Assembly (NCBI GenBank): GCA_965224025.1
Contig: OZ245033.1
Coordinates: 4,983,676 to 5,047,675 of the forward strand
Source: Candidatus Multivorans sp.
Lineage (GTDB): Bacteria > Acidobacteriota > Thermoanaerobaculia > Multivoradales > Multivoraceae
Length of the DNA: 64,000 nt
Reading direction: 5' to 3'
The notes under the pieces were generated by a model. The model worked only from the letters and a program-made list of their open reading frames with translations. It was not told the DNA's origin and searched no databases. This document shows, piece after piece, positions 55,957 to 64,000 of this stretch. The position numbers were made by a program, and so were the translations under genes. Within the stretch, counting starts at the first letter, position 1. Every line of letters starts with the position of its first letter.

Positions 55957-57633
55957 GTGAAGAAACCCTGGCGCAACCTCGCACTCGTCCTCTTCCTCGC
56001 GGCCGTTCTCGTCGGCGGTGTCGCCGGTGGCCACCTGCTGGCGGTGGGCAGCGGCGAGTTCGCGCCCATTCGCGAGTACACCGACCTGGTCGAGGCGGCG
56101 CACGCGCACTACGCCGTTCCCGATGTCGCCTACCGCGACCTGATCTACGCCTCGATCGGCGGCATGCTGCGCAGCCTCGACCCGCACACCAGCTTCCTGC
56201 CGCCGGTCGCCTACGACTCCATGCGGGAGCGGCAGCAGAGTTCCTTCTACGGGCTGGGCATCTACGTCGCGACGCGCAACGGCCGTCTGACGGTCATCTC
56301 GCCGATCGAGGGCACGCCGGGTTACAAGAAGGGCATCCGCGCCGGCGACATCATCCATCTGATCGACGGTGAGCCGACCGAGGATATGAGCCCGAACGAG
56401 GCGATCCGGAATCTCAAGGGCCCGAAGGGGACCGACGTCACCGTCACCCTGCTGCGCCCCGGTTTCGACGAGCCCCTGGTGGTCACGGTGACGCGCGCCG
56501 AGATCCCGCAGGAGACCGTCCGCCACGCGCACATGCTGGAGCCGGGCGTCGGCTACGTGCTGATCTCCGACTTCTCGCGTTCCACCGGCGGCGAGCTCGC
56601 CCGCGCTCTGGACGATCTCCGGGAGCAGGGCATGGAGCGCCTGATTCTCGACCTTCGGGACAACGGCGGCGGCCTGCTCGATCAGGCGATCGAAGTTTCC
56701 GACCAGTTCGTTCCCGGCGGCAGCACGATTGTCGAGACGCGCGGCCGCATCGCGAGTTCCCATCAGACCTACAGTTCCACCGGTCGACACGAACCGCTCG
56801 GTCTGCCCCTCGTGGTGCTCGTAGACCGCGGCTCCGCATCTGCCTCCGAGATCGTCTCGGGGGCGATCCAGGATCACGACGTGGGTCTCGTGGTCGGCGT
56901 GTCGACCTGGGGCAAGGGGCTCGTGCAGACCGTCTACGAGCTGTCCTACGGCGCCGGTCTCGCACTCACCACGGCCCGCTACTACACGCCGGCTGGAAGG
57001 TTGATCCAGCGCGACTACTCCTCGTACTGGGACTACTTGACCGAGTACGACGTGAATGGCAGCAACGGGGATGATGGAGAGGATGCGGGCGAGGGCGGGG
57101 CCCCCGTCGTGGACCGCGAGTCGCCTTCGCCGGAGGAGCGACCTGTCTTCCATACCGACCTTGGCCGGGAGGTCTACGGCGGCGGTGGTGTGACCCCGGA
57201 CTACGTCGTCGAGCAGGACGAGCCACCCGCCCTCATCTGGCGTCTGCAGGCGCGGAGCGGCTTCCACCGCTTCCCGTTCGAGGTCGGCAACCAGGAAGAG
57301 ATCGAATCGACCGACTGGCAGGTATCGGACGAGTACCTGGATCGGTTCTGGGAATGGGTGATCGAAGAAGAGTTCGCCACCGCCGAGGAACTCGAAGAGG
57401 CCCTGGAGGATCCGGAAGTCGAGCGCTACGCCCGGGTCGGCCTTCGCTACGAGATCTTCAACACCGCCTTCGGGCTGACCGAAGGGTTCAAGGCCGGCGC
57501 GGAACTGGACAACCAGCTCGCCCGCGCCCTCGAACTACTCGACGAAGCGGAAGACCTTCTCGACCAGCGCCTGGACCTCGACCGGCGGGGCCGGAGCAGC
57601 GGCCGCGACTCCGGCCTGGTCGCTATCCCCTGA
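55957..57633 (+). CDS. S41 carboxyl-terminal processing protease
   Basis: LDPHT, PDZ (GLGI), [28 protein letters not shown]. Confidence 0.95.
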   Translation: MKKPWRNLALVLFLAAVLVGGVAGGHLLAVGSGEFAPIREYTDLVEAAHAHYAVPDVAYRDLIYASIGGMLRSLDPHTSFLPPVAYDSMRERQQSSFYGLGIYVATRNGRLTVISPIEGTPGYKKGIRAGDIIHLIDGEPTEDMSPNEAIRNLKGPKGTDVTVTLLRPGFDEPLVVTVTRAEIPQETVRHAHMLEPGVGYVLISDFSRSTGGELARALDDLREQGMERLILDLRDNGGGLLDQAIEVSDQFVPGGSTIVETRGRIASSHQTYSSTGRHEPLGLPLVVLVDRGSASASEIVSGAIQDHDVGLVVGVSTWGKGLVQTVYELSYGAGLALTTARYYTPAGRLIQRDYSSYWDYLTEYDVNGSNGDDGEDAGEGGAPVVDRESPSPEERPVFHTDLGREVYGGGGVTPDYVVEQDEPPALIWRLQARSGFHRFPFEVGNQEEIESTDWQVSDEYLDRFWEWVIEEEFATAEELEEALEDPEVERYARVGLRYEIFNTAFGLTEGFKAGAELDNQLARALELLDEAEDLLDQRLDLDRRGRSSGRDSGLVAIP

Positions 57634-58222
57634 ACCGCTCCGACACGGCATCCCAGTCGACGACGTTCCAGAACGCGTCCAGGTAGTCCGGCCGCCGGTT
57701 CTGGTAGTTCAGGTAGTAGGCGTGCTCCCACACGTCGACGCCGAGCAGGGGAGTCAACCCCTCCATCAACGGCGAATCCTGGTTCGGGCGCGCGATCACG
57801 GCGAGGCCGTCGTCGCTGGTCACGAGCCAACCCCAGCCGCTGCCGAACTGGCCCATCGCGGCGCCCTTGAAGCGCTCCCGGAACTGGTCGAAGCTGCCGA
57901 AGCGGATGTCGATCGCGGTCGCCAGGTCGCCGCTGGGCGCGCCGCCGCCGGCCGGGCTCATGACTGACCAGAAGAGCGAGTGGTTGGCGTGGCCGCCGCC
58001 GTGGTTGCGGACCGCGCCGCGGATCGAGCCCGGCACCTCGTCCATGTTCCTGAGCAGGTTCTCGACGCTCATCGCGGCGAGATTGGGGTGGCCGTCCAGC
58101 GCCGCGTTGAGATTCGCCACGTAGACGGCGTGGTGCCTGTCGTGGTGTATCTCCATGGTCCGCGCGTCGATGTGGGGCTCGAGGGCGTCGAACGGGTATG
58201 CGAGATCCGGAACTTCGTGCAT
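57623..58222 (-). CDS. sodA: Mn/Fe superoxide dismutase
   Basis: [36 protein letters not shown]. Confidence 0.92.
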   Translation of the reverse strand: MHEVPDLAYPFDALEPHIDARTMEIHHDRHHAVYVANLNAALDGHPNLAAMSVENLLRNMDEVPGSIRGAVRNHGGGHANHSLFWSVMSPAGGGAPSGDLATAIDIRFGSFDQFRERFKGAAMGQFGSGWGWLVTSDDGLAVIARPNQDSPLMEGLTPLLGVDVWEHAYYLNYQNRRPDYLDAFWNVVDWDAVSERFRG

Positions 58223-58368
58223 GGTCGGGTACTCCTGTGAGAAGGTGGTTAGGCGGGGCGATTGTGCCATGGAGTGACGCGGCCTCGCTCTTCGTTGACG
58301 ATGTCCCGCGCCTGCCCTAAGATCGCGCGGCCTGCGATGTCCGCCGGGCGGTCGGAGGGTCGGCGCCG

Positions 58369-58443
58369 GGGAGGTTAGCTCAGGGGTAGAGCACCTGCTT
58401 TACACGCAGGGGGTCGCGGGTTCGAATCCCTCACCTCCCACCA
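58369..58443 (+). tRNA. tRNA-Val(UAC)
   Basis: GGGAGGTTAGCTCAG...TTTACAC...GGTTCGAATCC...CTCCCACCA. Confidence 0.96.
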
Positions 58444-58549
58444 TGGAGGTTCCGCAGTCCGCGCGAACAGGAGATGTGCCGAAGTCAATGCCGCCGCGGC
58501 GGCCGGGAAGGACGACTCAGATAGCAGGCAAGAGGAGACGGACACCAAC

Positions 58550-58626
58550 GGGGTCGTAGTTCAGCTGGTTAGAATGCCGGCCTGTCACGCCGGAGGTCGC
58601 GGGTTCGAGTCCCGTCGGCCCCGCCA
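58550..58626 (+). tRNA. tRNA-Asp(GUC)
   Basis: GGGGTCGTAGTTCAGCTGGTTAGAATGCCGGCCTGTCACGCCGG...CCCCGCCA. Confidence 0.97.
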
Positions 58627-58679
58627 TTCCGCTCCGCCCTTCCCCTTCGCCGCCGGGCTTCATCAGAGGTGACCACCAC

Positions 58680-58835
58680 GTGAGAGACAAGATCAAGCTC
58701 GTATCAAGCGCTGGTACCGGGTACTTCTACACCACGACGAAGAACAAGAAGCTCAGCCGCGAGAAGCTGAAGCTCAAGAAGTACGACCCGAAGATCCGGC
58801 GACACGTCGAGTTCGTCGAAGAGAAGATGCGCTAG
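58680..58835 (+). CDS. rpmG: 50S ribosomal protein L33 (Cys-free form), not in the ORF track
   Basis: [51 protein letters not shown]. Confidence 0.95.
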   Translation: MRDKIKLVSSAGTGYFYTTTKNKKLSREKLKLKKYDPKIRRHVEFVEEKMR

Positions 58836-60490
58836 GAGTGTCCGCAGCGTTGTCGCTGCGCTGTCGCGCAGGGAACAGGCAGCGAGTAGCCAACGTTACA
58901 GCGGCGTCGTGGGTTCATAGAGTTGGCCGCGCTGGGCAGCGAGGCCGCGCAGGCACTGGTGTGTTGGCGCCCGACTAGGAGTTTGGCCCGGACCGTGATC
59001 GGCGCTCTGACGCTGGCGGCGCGGCTTGTGTCGCGACCCCGTATGCAAGATTGAGCTTTTCGCCGCGGTCTCTGCCCAGCGCGACGATTGGATTCCACAT
59101 CTACGGGAGGCAGGGGATGGCAAAGCGGAAGGCGGAGCGTCTGGAAGTCGTTCACCCGGATTGCGCCGGTGTGGACGTAGGCAAGCGCAAGCACTACGTG
59201 GCGGTGGCCCCGTCGCGTTTCGAGCGGCCGGTGCGCAATTTCTCGTCGTTCACGGAGGACCTCGAGGCGATGGCCTCGTGGCTTCAGGAGTGCGGCGTGC
59301 GTGAGGTGGCGCTGGAGTCGACGGGGGTGTACTGGATTCCGGTGTTCGAGGTGCTGGACCGGGCGGGGTTCGAGGTGCATCTGGTGAATCCTCGGGCGAC
59401 CAAGCAGGTGAGTGGCCGCAAGAGTGACGTTCTGGACTGCCAGTGGATCCGGCAGTTGATGAGCTACGGGCTCCTGCGCGGTGCGTTTCGCGCGCCGGAC
59501 GAGTTGTGTCCGCTGCGTTCGTACACGCGGCAGCGCGCCCAGTTGGTCCGCGACCGCAGCCGCGCGGTGCAGCACATCCAGAAGGCTCTGGTGCAGATGA
59601 ACGTGCAGTTGGACAACGTGCTGAGCGACATCATGGGCAAGACCGGCCAGTTGATCGTGCGCGCGATCGTCGCCGGCGAGCGCGACGGCGCGGCGCTGGC
59701 CCGTCACCGGGACGGTCGCTGCAAGGCTGGTCCGGCTGTGATCGCGGCGAGTTTGCAAGGCAACTGGCGAGACGAGCACCTGTTCGCTCTGGGCCAGGCG
59801 CTGGCCCGCTACGACATGCTGCAAGGCCAGATCGAGATGTGCGAGAAGCGCATCGACGCCGAGCTCGACGGCCTGGCCCAAGACGGCGTCGAGGACGCGC
59901 CGCCGCCCGGTTCGAAGGCGCGCGAGCGCGCCCTGCGGAAGCGGCTGCATCGCATGCTCGGCGTGGACCTGGTCGCCATTCCGACGGTCGGCGTCGAAAC
60001 CGCGCTGACCTTCGCCGCTGAGATCGGCCCGGACCTGTCCCGGTTTCCCTCGCAGGGCAACTTCTGCTCGTGGCTGTGTCTGGCTCCACCGACCAACATC
60101 AGCGGCGACAAACGGCTGAACGGCCCTCCCGTGAAGCAGACCAACCGGGTCGGCCAGGCGCTGCGCCAAGCCGCCACCACAGCCCGCAACAGCAAGACCG
60201 CCATCGGAGCCTCTCACCGCCGGCGTCTCCAGCACATGGAGAAGGCGAAGGCCATCAAGGCCACCGCTCATCAACTCGGCCGACTGATCTACGCCATGCT
60301 GACCCACGGCGAAGAGTACGTCGAGCGCGACCTCGCCGAAATGGAGGCCGTCCGACGCGAACGACAAATCAGAAACCTGCAGCGTCAGGCCCGCCGCCTG
60401 AATCTGGCTCTCGTGCCGACCGAACATGCCGCCTGAATCGCGCAACCTGCGCTGCCAACAAGGAACCCCTACCCGTTTGTTCCATGCAAG
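58836..60490 (+). mobile_element. IS110-family element, copy 2
   Basis: Same sequence as 4111-5765; begins right after the rpmG stop (CTAG). Confidence 0.9.
59117..60436 (+). CDS. IS110 recombinase/transposase
   Basis: Protein identical to 4392-5711. Confidence 0.95.
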   Translation: MAKRKAERLEVVHPDCAGVDVGKRKHYVAVAPSRFERPVRNFSSFTEDLEAMASWLQECGVREVALESTGVYWIPVFEVLDRAGFEVHLVNPRATKQVSGRKSDVLDCQWIRQLMSYGLLRGAFRAPDELCPLRSYTRQRAQLVRDRSRAVQHIQKALVQMNVQLDNVLSDIMGKTGQLIVRAIVAGERDGAALARHRDGRCKAGPAVIAASLQGNWRDEHLFALGQALARYDMLQGQIEMCEKRIDAELDGLAQDGVEDAPPPGSKARERALRKRLHRMLGVDLVAIPTVGVETALTFAAEIGPDLSRFPSQGNFCSWLCLAPPTNISGDKRLNGPPVKQTNRVGQALRQAATTARNSKTAIGASHRRRLQHMEKAKAIKATAHQLGRLIYAMLTHGEEYVERDLAEMEAVRRERQIRNLQRQARRLNLALVPTEHAA

Positions 60491-60492
60491 TC

Positions 60493-60549
60493 GAGTCGCG
60501 GCGTCCGCGCCGCGCTGACGCACAGGGAACAGGGTTCGTTCCATGCAAG
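60493..60549 (+). mobile_element. 57-bp mini-element made of IS110-like ends, copy B
   Basis: Near-identical to 47792-47848; starts 2 bp after IS110 copy 2. Confidence 0.7.
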
Positions 60550-60623
60550 GTCGCGCCGCCGAAACCGGGACTCTCCACCCTTTAGCAAGTGTGTTTTGGG
60601 GAGGCTGCTGCGGGTCAGGGAGG

Positions 60624-61730
60624 TCATGCGACCTGGGCATGGCATCGCTTGTTGGGGTCGAAGAGAGTTCGGTCTCGGAGCATGGCGCAGGCGACGCCGA
60701 GGAGTCGGTCGACGAGTTGTCTGATGGCGCGTCCGTGCGTCTTGCCTTCGGCTTTCATGGCGTCGTACTTGGCGCGGCTGATCGGGTCGTGCTGGATGGC
60801 GACTCGTCCCCAGTGATAGACGGCGTCGCTGAGGTGTTCGTTGGCGGCGAGTCGTCGCATGACGATGAGCTTCTTGCCGGACTTGACGGTCACCGGCGCC
60901 ACTCCGCAGAGGCAACGCAGTGCCTCGTGGTCTCTGCGGCCCAGGCTTTGATCGGCCTCGGAGAGCAGGGTGGCGAGGCCGACCTTGCCGAGTCCGGGCA
61001 GCGACCTGAGGATGGCGGCGTCGCTCGGCTTAGGGGAGTCGTCGTCGTTTTCCCGTTGGGCCGGGGCCTCGAGTGCGCGGGTCATCCGCTCCAGCCGCTT
61101 GTCGGCGTCGGCGAGTTGGCGGCAGACGGTGTCGAGCACCGGCCGGAGGAGTCCTATGTGTTCGACGGCGGCCTTAACGGTGTCCGGGGAAACGGCGATC
61201 GGCTCGGCCCGCAGTTGATCGCGCAGTTGGGCGGCAGTCAGGCGCCGGATGCGGTGTTCCTTGAGCAGCTTGGCGAGCGTGGTCTCGCGCAGCCGTCGAG
61301 CCTTGCCGGGGGTCGGCGCCAGTCGCCACAAGGCCAGCGCGAAGGGCGCCGACACCTCGTTCTTGACCACGGCGAGAAACTGCGGGTAGTAGCGCCAGAT
61401 CTGGTCGCGGACCTGGTTCTCCAGGCGGTTCTTCTGGTTGACCAACTGCTTGCGGGCGCGGGACACCTCGCGCAGCATGACGATGGCGGCATCGGATGGT
61501 TGCACGCGGTTCAGGCACTCGGGGTCGGTGCGAAGCGCGGCGGCGAGCACCCGTGCATCGCGGCGGTCATCCTTGGCGCCGGCGACGGAGAAGCGGTCCC
61601 TGAAGCGGTCGAGCTGCTTGGGGTTGATCGAATGGACGGCGAAGCCTCGCTCCAGGAGGCACTCGACGACCGGTCCGTGCGGCACCTCGATGGCGACGCC
61701 GATCTCGCCCGGAGGCGTCGGTCGTGCATG
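60624..61730 (-). pseudogene. Different IS110-family transposase, N-terminus cut by the phage-like element
   Basis: VAIEVPHG, AKDDRRDA, LPGLG, VKSGK; the frame stays open up to the element end, and the first catalytic Asp motif is missing. Confidence 0.85.
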
Positions 61731-61900
61731 ACTCGGTTCGTGCGAGAAATGGACCCCATTAGTGCGAGAAACGACTGTGCATTAGTGCGAGAAACGCTGT
61801 GCAGTCGGCCTGCGGGCGATTCCCCGGCTGCCAGCGGGAACGGCGTGAGTCGCGGTTCGAGGTCGAAGGTCGCGAGACCCACTGCGGTGGAGGACGACAG

Positions 61901-62410
61901 CTAGCCGGTCTGCACCCTGGCCCAGGTCAGGTCGCGTGGCAAGCCCAGCGGGTCGCGCGGGATCGGGTCGGCCGACCAGGACACCCTCCGGGGCGGCACC
62001 AGGCCGTCGTGGAACGGGCTCGGGCACGCCCGGCAGTAGGCCGTGACCTCGGCCGCCTCCACGCCGAGCAGGTGCAGCCACGCCAAGGCGTCACCGGCGA
62101 ACTCGAGCGGGCGCTCGCCCTGGCCCGAGGCGCCGCGAGATTCCACGTTCGCCGTCCAGCGCTCGCCGGAGGAAAGAACGGCCCGGACCATGCCGACGAC
62201 GGCGCCGCCGTCCGTGGCGATCAAGACCCGCGATCCCGCCGCCAGCGCCCGGTAGTCGTCGCCGTCGTCGGCGTCGAGTTGAGCGGCCACGGCGGCATGC
62301 AGCGCCGCCCAGGTACGGGTGCCGCGCATCATCTCGTGCAGCGAGTCGAAGTCGCGCGACTCGCAGGCGCGGTAGGCCAGCCGCGTCGGGCCGTTGACCA
62401 GAAACCTCAC
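61901..62410 (-). CDS. Copy of the 25737-26246 hypothetical protein
   Basis: Identical translation. Confidence 0.5.
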   Translation of the reverse strand: MRFLVNGPTRLAYRACESRDFDSLHEMMRGTRTWAALHAAVAAQLDADDGDDYRALAAGSRVLIATDGGAVVGMVRAVLSSGERWTANVESRGASGQGERPLEFAGDALAWLHLLGVEAAEVTAYCRACPSPFHDGLVPPRRVSWSADPIPRDPLGLPRDLTWARVQTG

Positions 62411-64000
62411 AGCTCCCACCTCCGACTGTAGAACCGGTACGACCCGAAGCCGCCGGGGACGACCGCAAGCTCCTGGGTCCCGGCGCCATTGCCGCCGAGG
62501 TCCCGGCGCCAGCGCAGAAACCCGATAGCGCGATCTGTCGAGCTCAGCCCGGAAGGCCTGTTCGAGGCGGAGTAGATAAGCACTGCCTGCGTGAAATCGA
62601 AGCTCTCCGACCTTCGCGTGTCGAGATCGCCGGCGAACAAAAGCGGCGTGAACTCGCTGTTCAGATACACGTCGGTGTCGGTACGGCGCACGTTGTTGGC
62701 CGGGGTGCCGTAGCACTGAAACACCTGCACCAGGACCACAGCCCCGTCGATCACGGCGTTCATCGTGGCCATCACCCCGAACGTGGACGCACCGGCCCAC
62801 AGCCCGCCCCCCGACCAGTCAGCCAGCCCCCCCCCCGATGTGTCCCACCTCCACATGCGGTTGTCGGTCTCGGCGGCCTGCGACGAAACGTCGGCGTCGT
62901 CCAGGTCCGCGCTCCAGGCAAGATTTGCGGCCGATTGCCACGCCGTCCATGCGCCGACGCCGGCGACCGTCACGTTGACGGCCAGCGTGTCCGCCCCGGC
63001 CGCGTTCGTCGCCGTGAGCGTCAGCGGCCACGTGCCGACGACCGCCGACGCGGTCCACGACAGCCGCCTGCTGGCGCTGAACGAGAGCCAGGACGGCAAC
63101 CCCGGCAGGGCGTACGCCGGCGCCGATCCGGAAGCCGCCGGCAGGACCTGACTCCCCGCGGCGCCCCGGGTGATCGCCACAGCCACCGAGGACGAGGGGA
63201 AGTGCGGCGCGATCACCGCCGTGCCGGCGGTCGGAACTGCAGACGCGCGCGGGGACAGCGAGCTCGCGGAGCCGCCCGCCGTTGCGCGGACCCAGTAGTA
63301 GTACCTTGTTCCGTTCGCCAGGCCCGTGTTGACCCACTGCACCGTAGCTCCTGCCCGCCAGCTCCGACTCGTGCTCGGGTCTGGCTGCGTTCCGGTGGTG
63401 TTGCGGAAAATTTGGTAGCCGGTCGCGCCCGGCACCGGGCTCCAGGTCAGGACGATCAGGGCGTTCCCCGGCGTCGCGTCGAGCGAGGGGGCGGACAGCC
63501 CGACCGTCACGTTGACGGCCAGCGTGTCCGCCCCGGCCGCGTTCGTCGCCGTGAGCGTCAGCGTCCGCGTGCCGACGACCGCCGACGCGGTCCACGACAG
63601 CCGCCTGGTGCTGGCGCTGAACGAGAGCCAGGACGGCAACCCCGGCAGGGCGTACGCCGGCGCCGATCCGGAAGCCGCCGGCAGGACCTGACTCCCCACG
63701 GCGCCCCGGGTGATCGCCACAGCCACCGAGGACGAGGGGAAGTGCGGCGCGATCACCGCCGTGCCGGCGGTCGGAACTGCAGACGCGCGCGGGGACAGCG
63801 AGCTCGCGGCGGCGGACGTCGTTGCGCGGATCCAGTAGTAGTACCTTGTTCCGTTCGCCAGGCCCGTGTTGACCCACCGTGCCACATCTCCTGTCGACCA
63901 GGTCGGACTCGTGCTCGGGTCTGGCTGCGTTCCGGTGGTGTTGCGGAAAATTTCGTAGCCGGTCGCGCCCGGCACCGGGCTCCAGGTCAGGACGATCAGG
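62407..64000 (-). CDS. C-terminal part of the gpJ-like tail fibre (copy 2, 5' end outside window)
   Basis: Translation identical to the C-terminus of 20101-25740. Confidence 0.88.
   Translation of the reverse strand, partial: LIVLTWSPVPGATGYEIFRNTTGTQPDPSTSPTWSTGDVARWVNTGLANGTRYYYWIRATTSAAASSLSPRASAVPTAGTAVIAPHFPSSSVAVAITRGAVGSQVLPAASGSAPAYALPGLPSWLSFSASTRRLSWTASAVVGTRTLTLTATNAAGADTLAVNVTVGLSAPSLDATPGNALIVLTWSPVPGATGYQIFRNTTGTQPDPSTSRSWRAGATVQWVNTGLANGTRYYYWVRATAGGSASSLSPRASAVPTAGTAVIAPHFPSSSVAVAITRGAAGSQVLPAASGSAPAYALPGLPSWLSFSASRRLSWTASAVVGTWPLTLTATNAAGADTLAVNVTVAGVGAWTAWQSAANLAWSADLDDADVSSQAAETDNRMWRWDTSGGGLADWSGGGLWAGASTFGVMATMNAVIDGAVVLVQVFQCYGTPANNVRRTDTDVYLNSEFTPLLFAGDLDTRRSESFDFTQAVLIYSASNRPSGLSSTDRAIGFLRWRRDLGGNGAGTQELAVVPGGFGSYRFYSRRWEL

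Larger units (their letters stand above)
61731..64000 (-). mobile_element. Right end of a second copy of the phage-like element (continues beyond window)
   Basis: Reverse complement matches 24147-26416. Confidence 0.92.

Noticed and set aside
4111-60490. Composite transposon bounded by the two IS110 copies
   Set aside because: The interval holds core genes and tRNAs, and each copy has its own CTAG site

Overview
High-GC bacterial chromosome segment; gene content suggests Acidobacteriota or a similar diderm (inference only). The housekeeping backbone carries coaA, purA, ychF, aat, purH, kdsB-pyrG-kdsA-kdsD-kdsC, tatA-tatC, an S41 protease, SOD, rpmG, four tRNAs, sulfatases and envelope enzymes, and it is heavily invaded by mobile DNA. 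(1) A 15.36-kb element (11062-26416) is bounded by inverted ends with repeated TTAGTGCGAGAAA boxes and an apparent 3-bp CTT duplication. It carries Mu-like accessory genes (GemA-like, possible Mor-like), a DUF2235/Tle1-type lipase and a complete lambda-like tail module, but no transposase, capsid, terminase, portal or lysis genes. An identical right end of a second, inverted copy starts at 61731 inside another IS110 gene. (2) Two near-identical IS110 elements have a structured left end containing copies of their own junction sequences (bridge-RNA-like), and two 57-bp mini-elements consist only of sequences resembling those IS ends. (3) A ~850-nt region without a credible ORF (43344-44195) has a sigma70-like promoter, a 12-bp closing stem and many GNRA hairpins, making it a candidate large structured ncRNA. 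(4) There is also an internally deleted IS630 and a REP-like palindrome family. All calls come from reading motifs by eye; no database searches were run.
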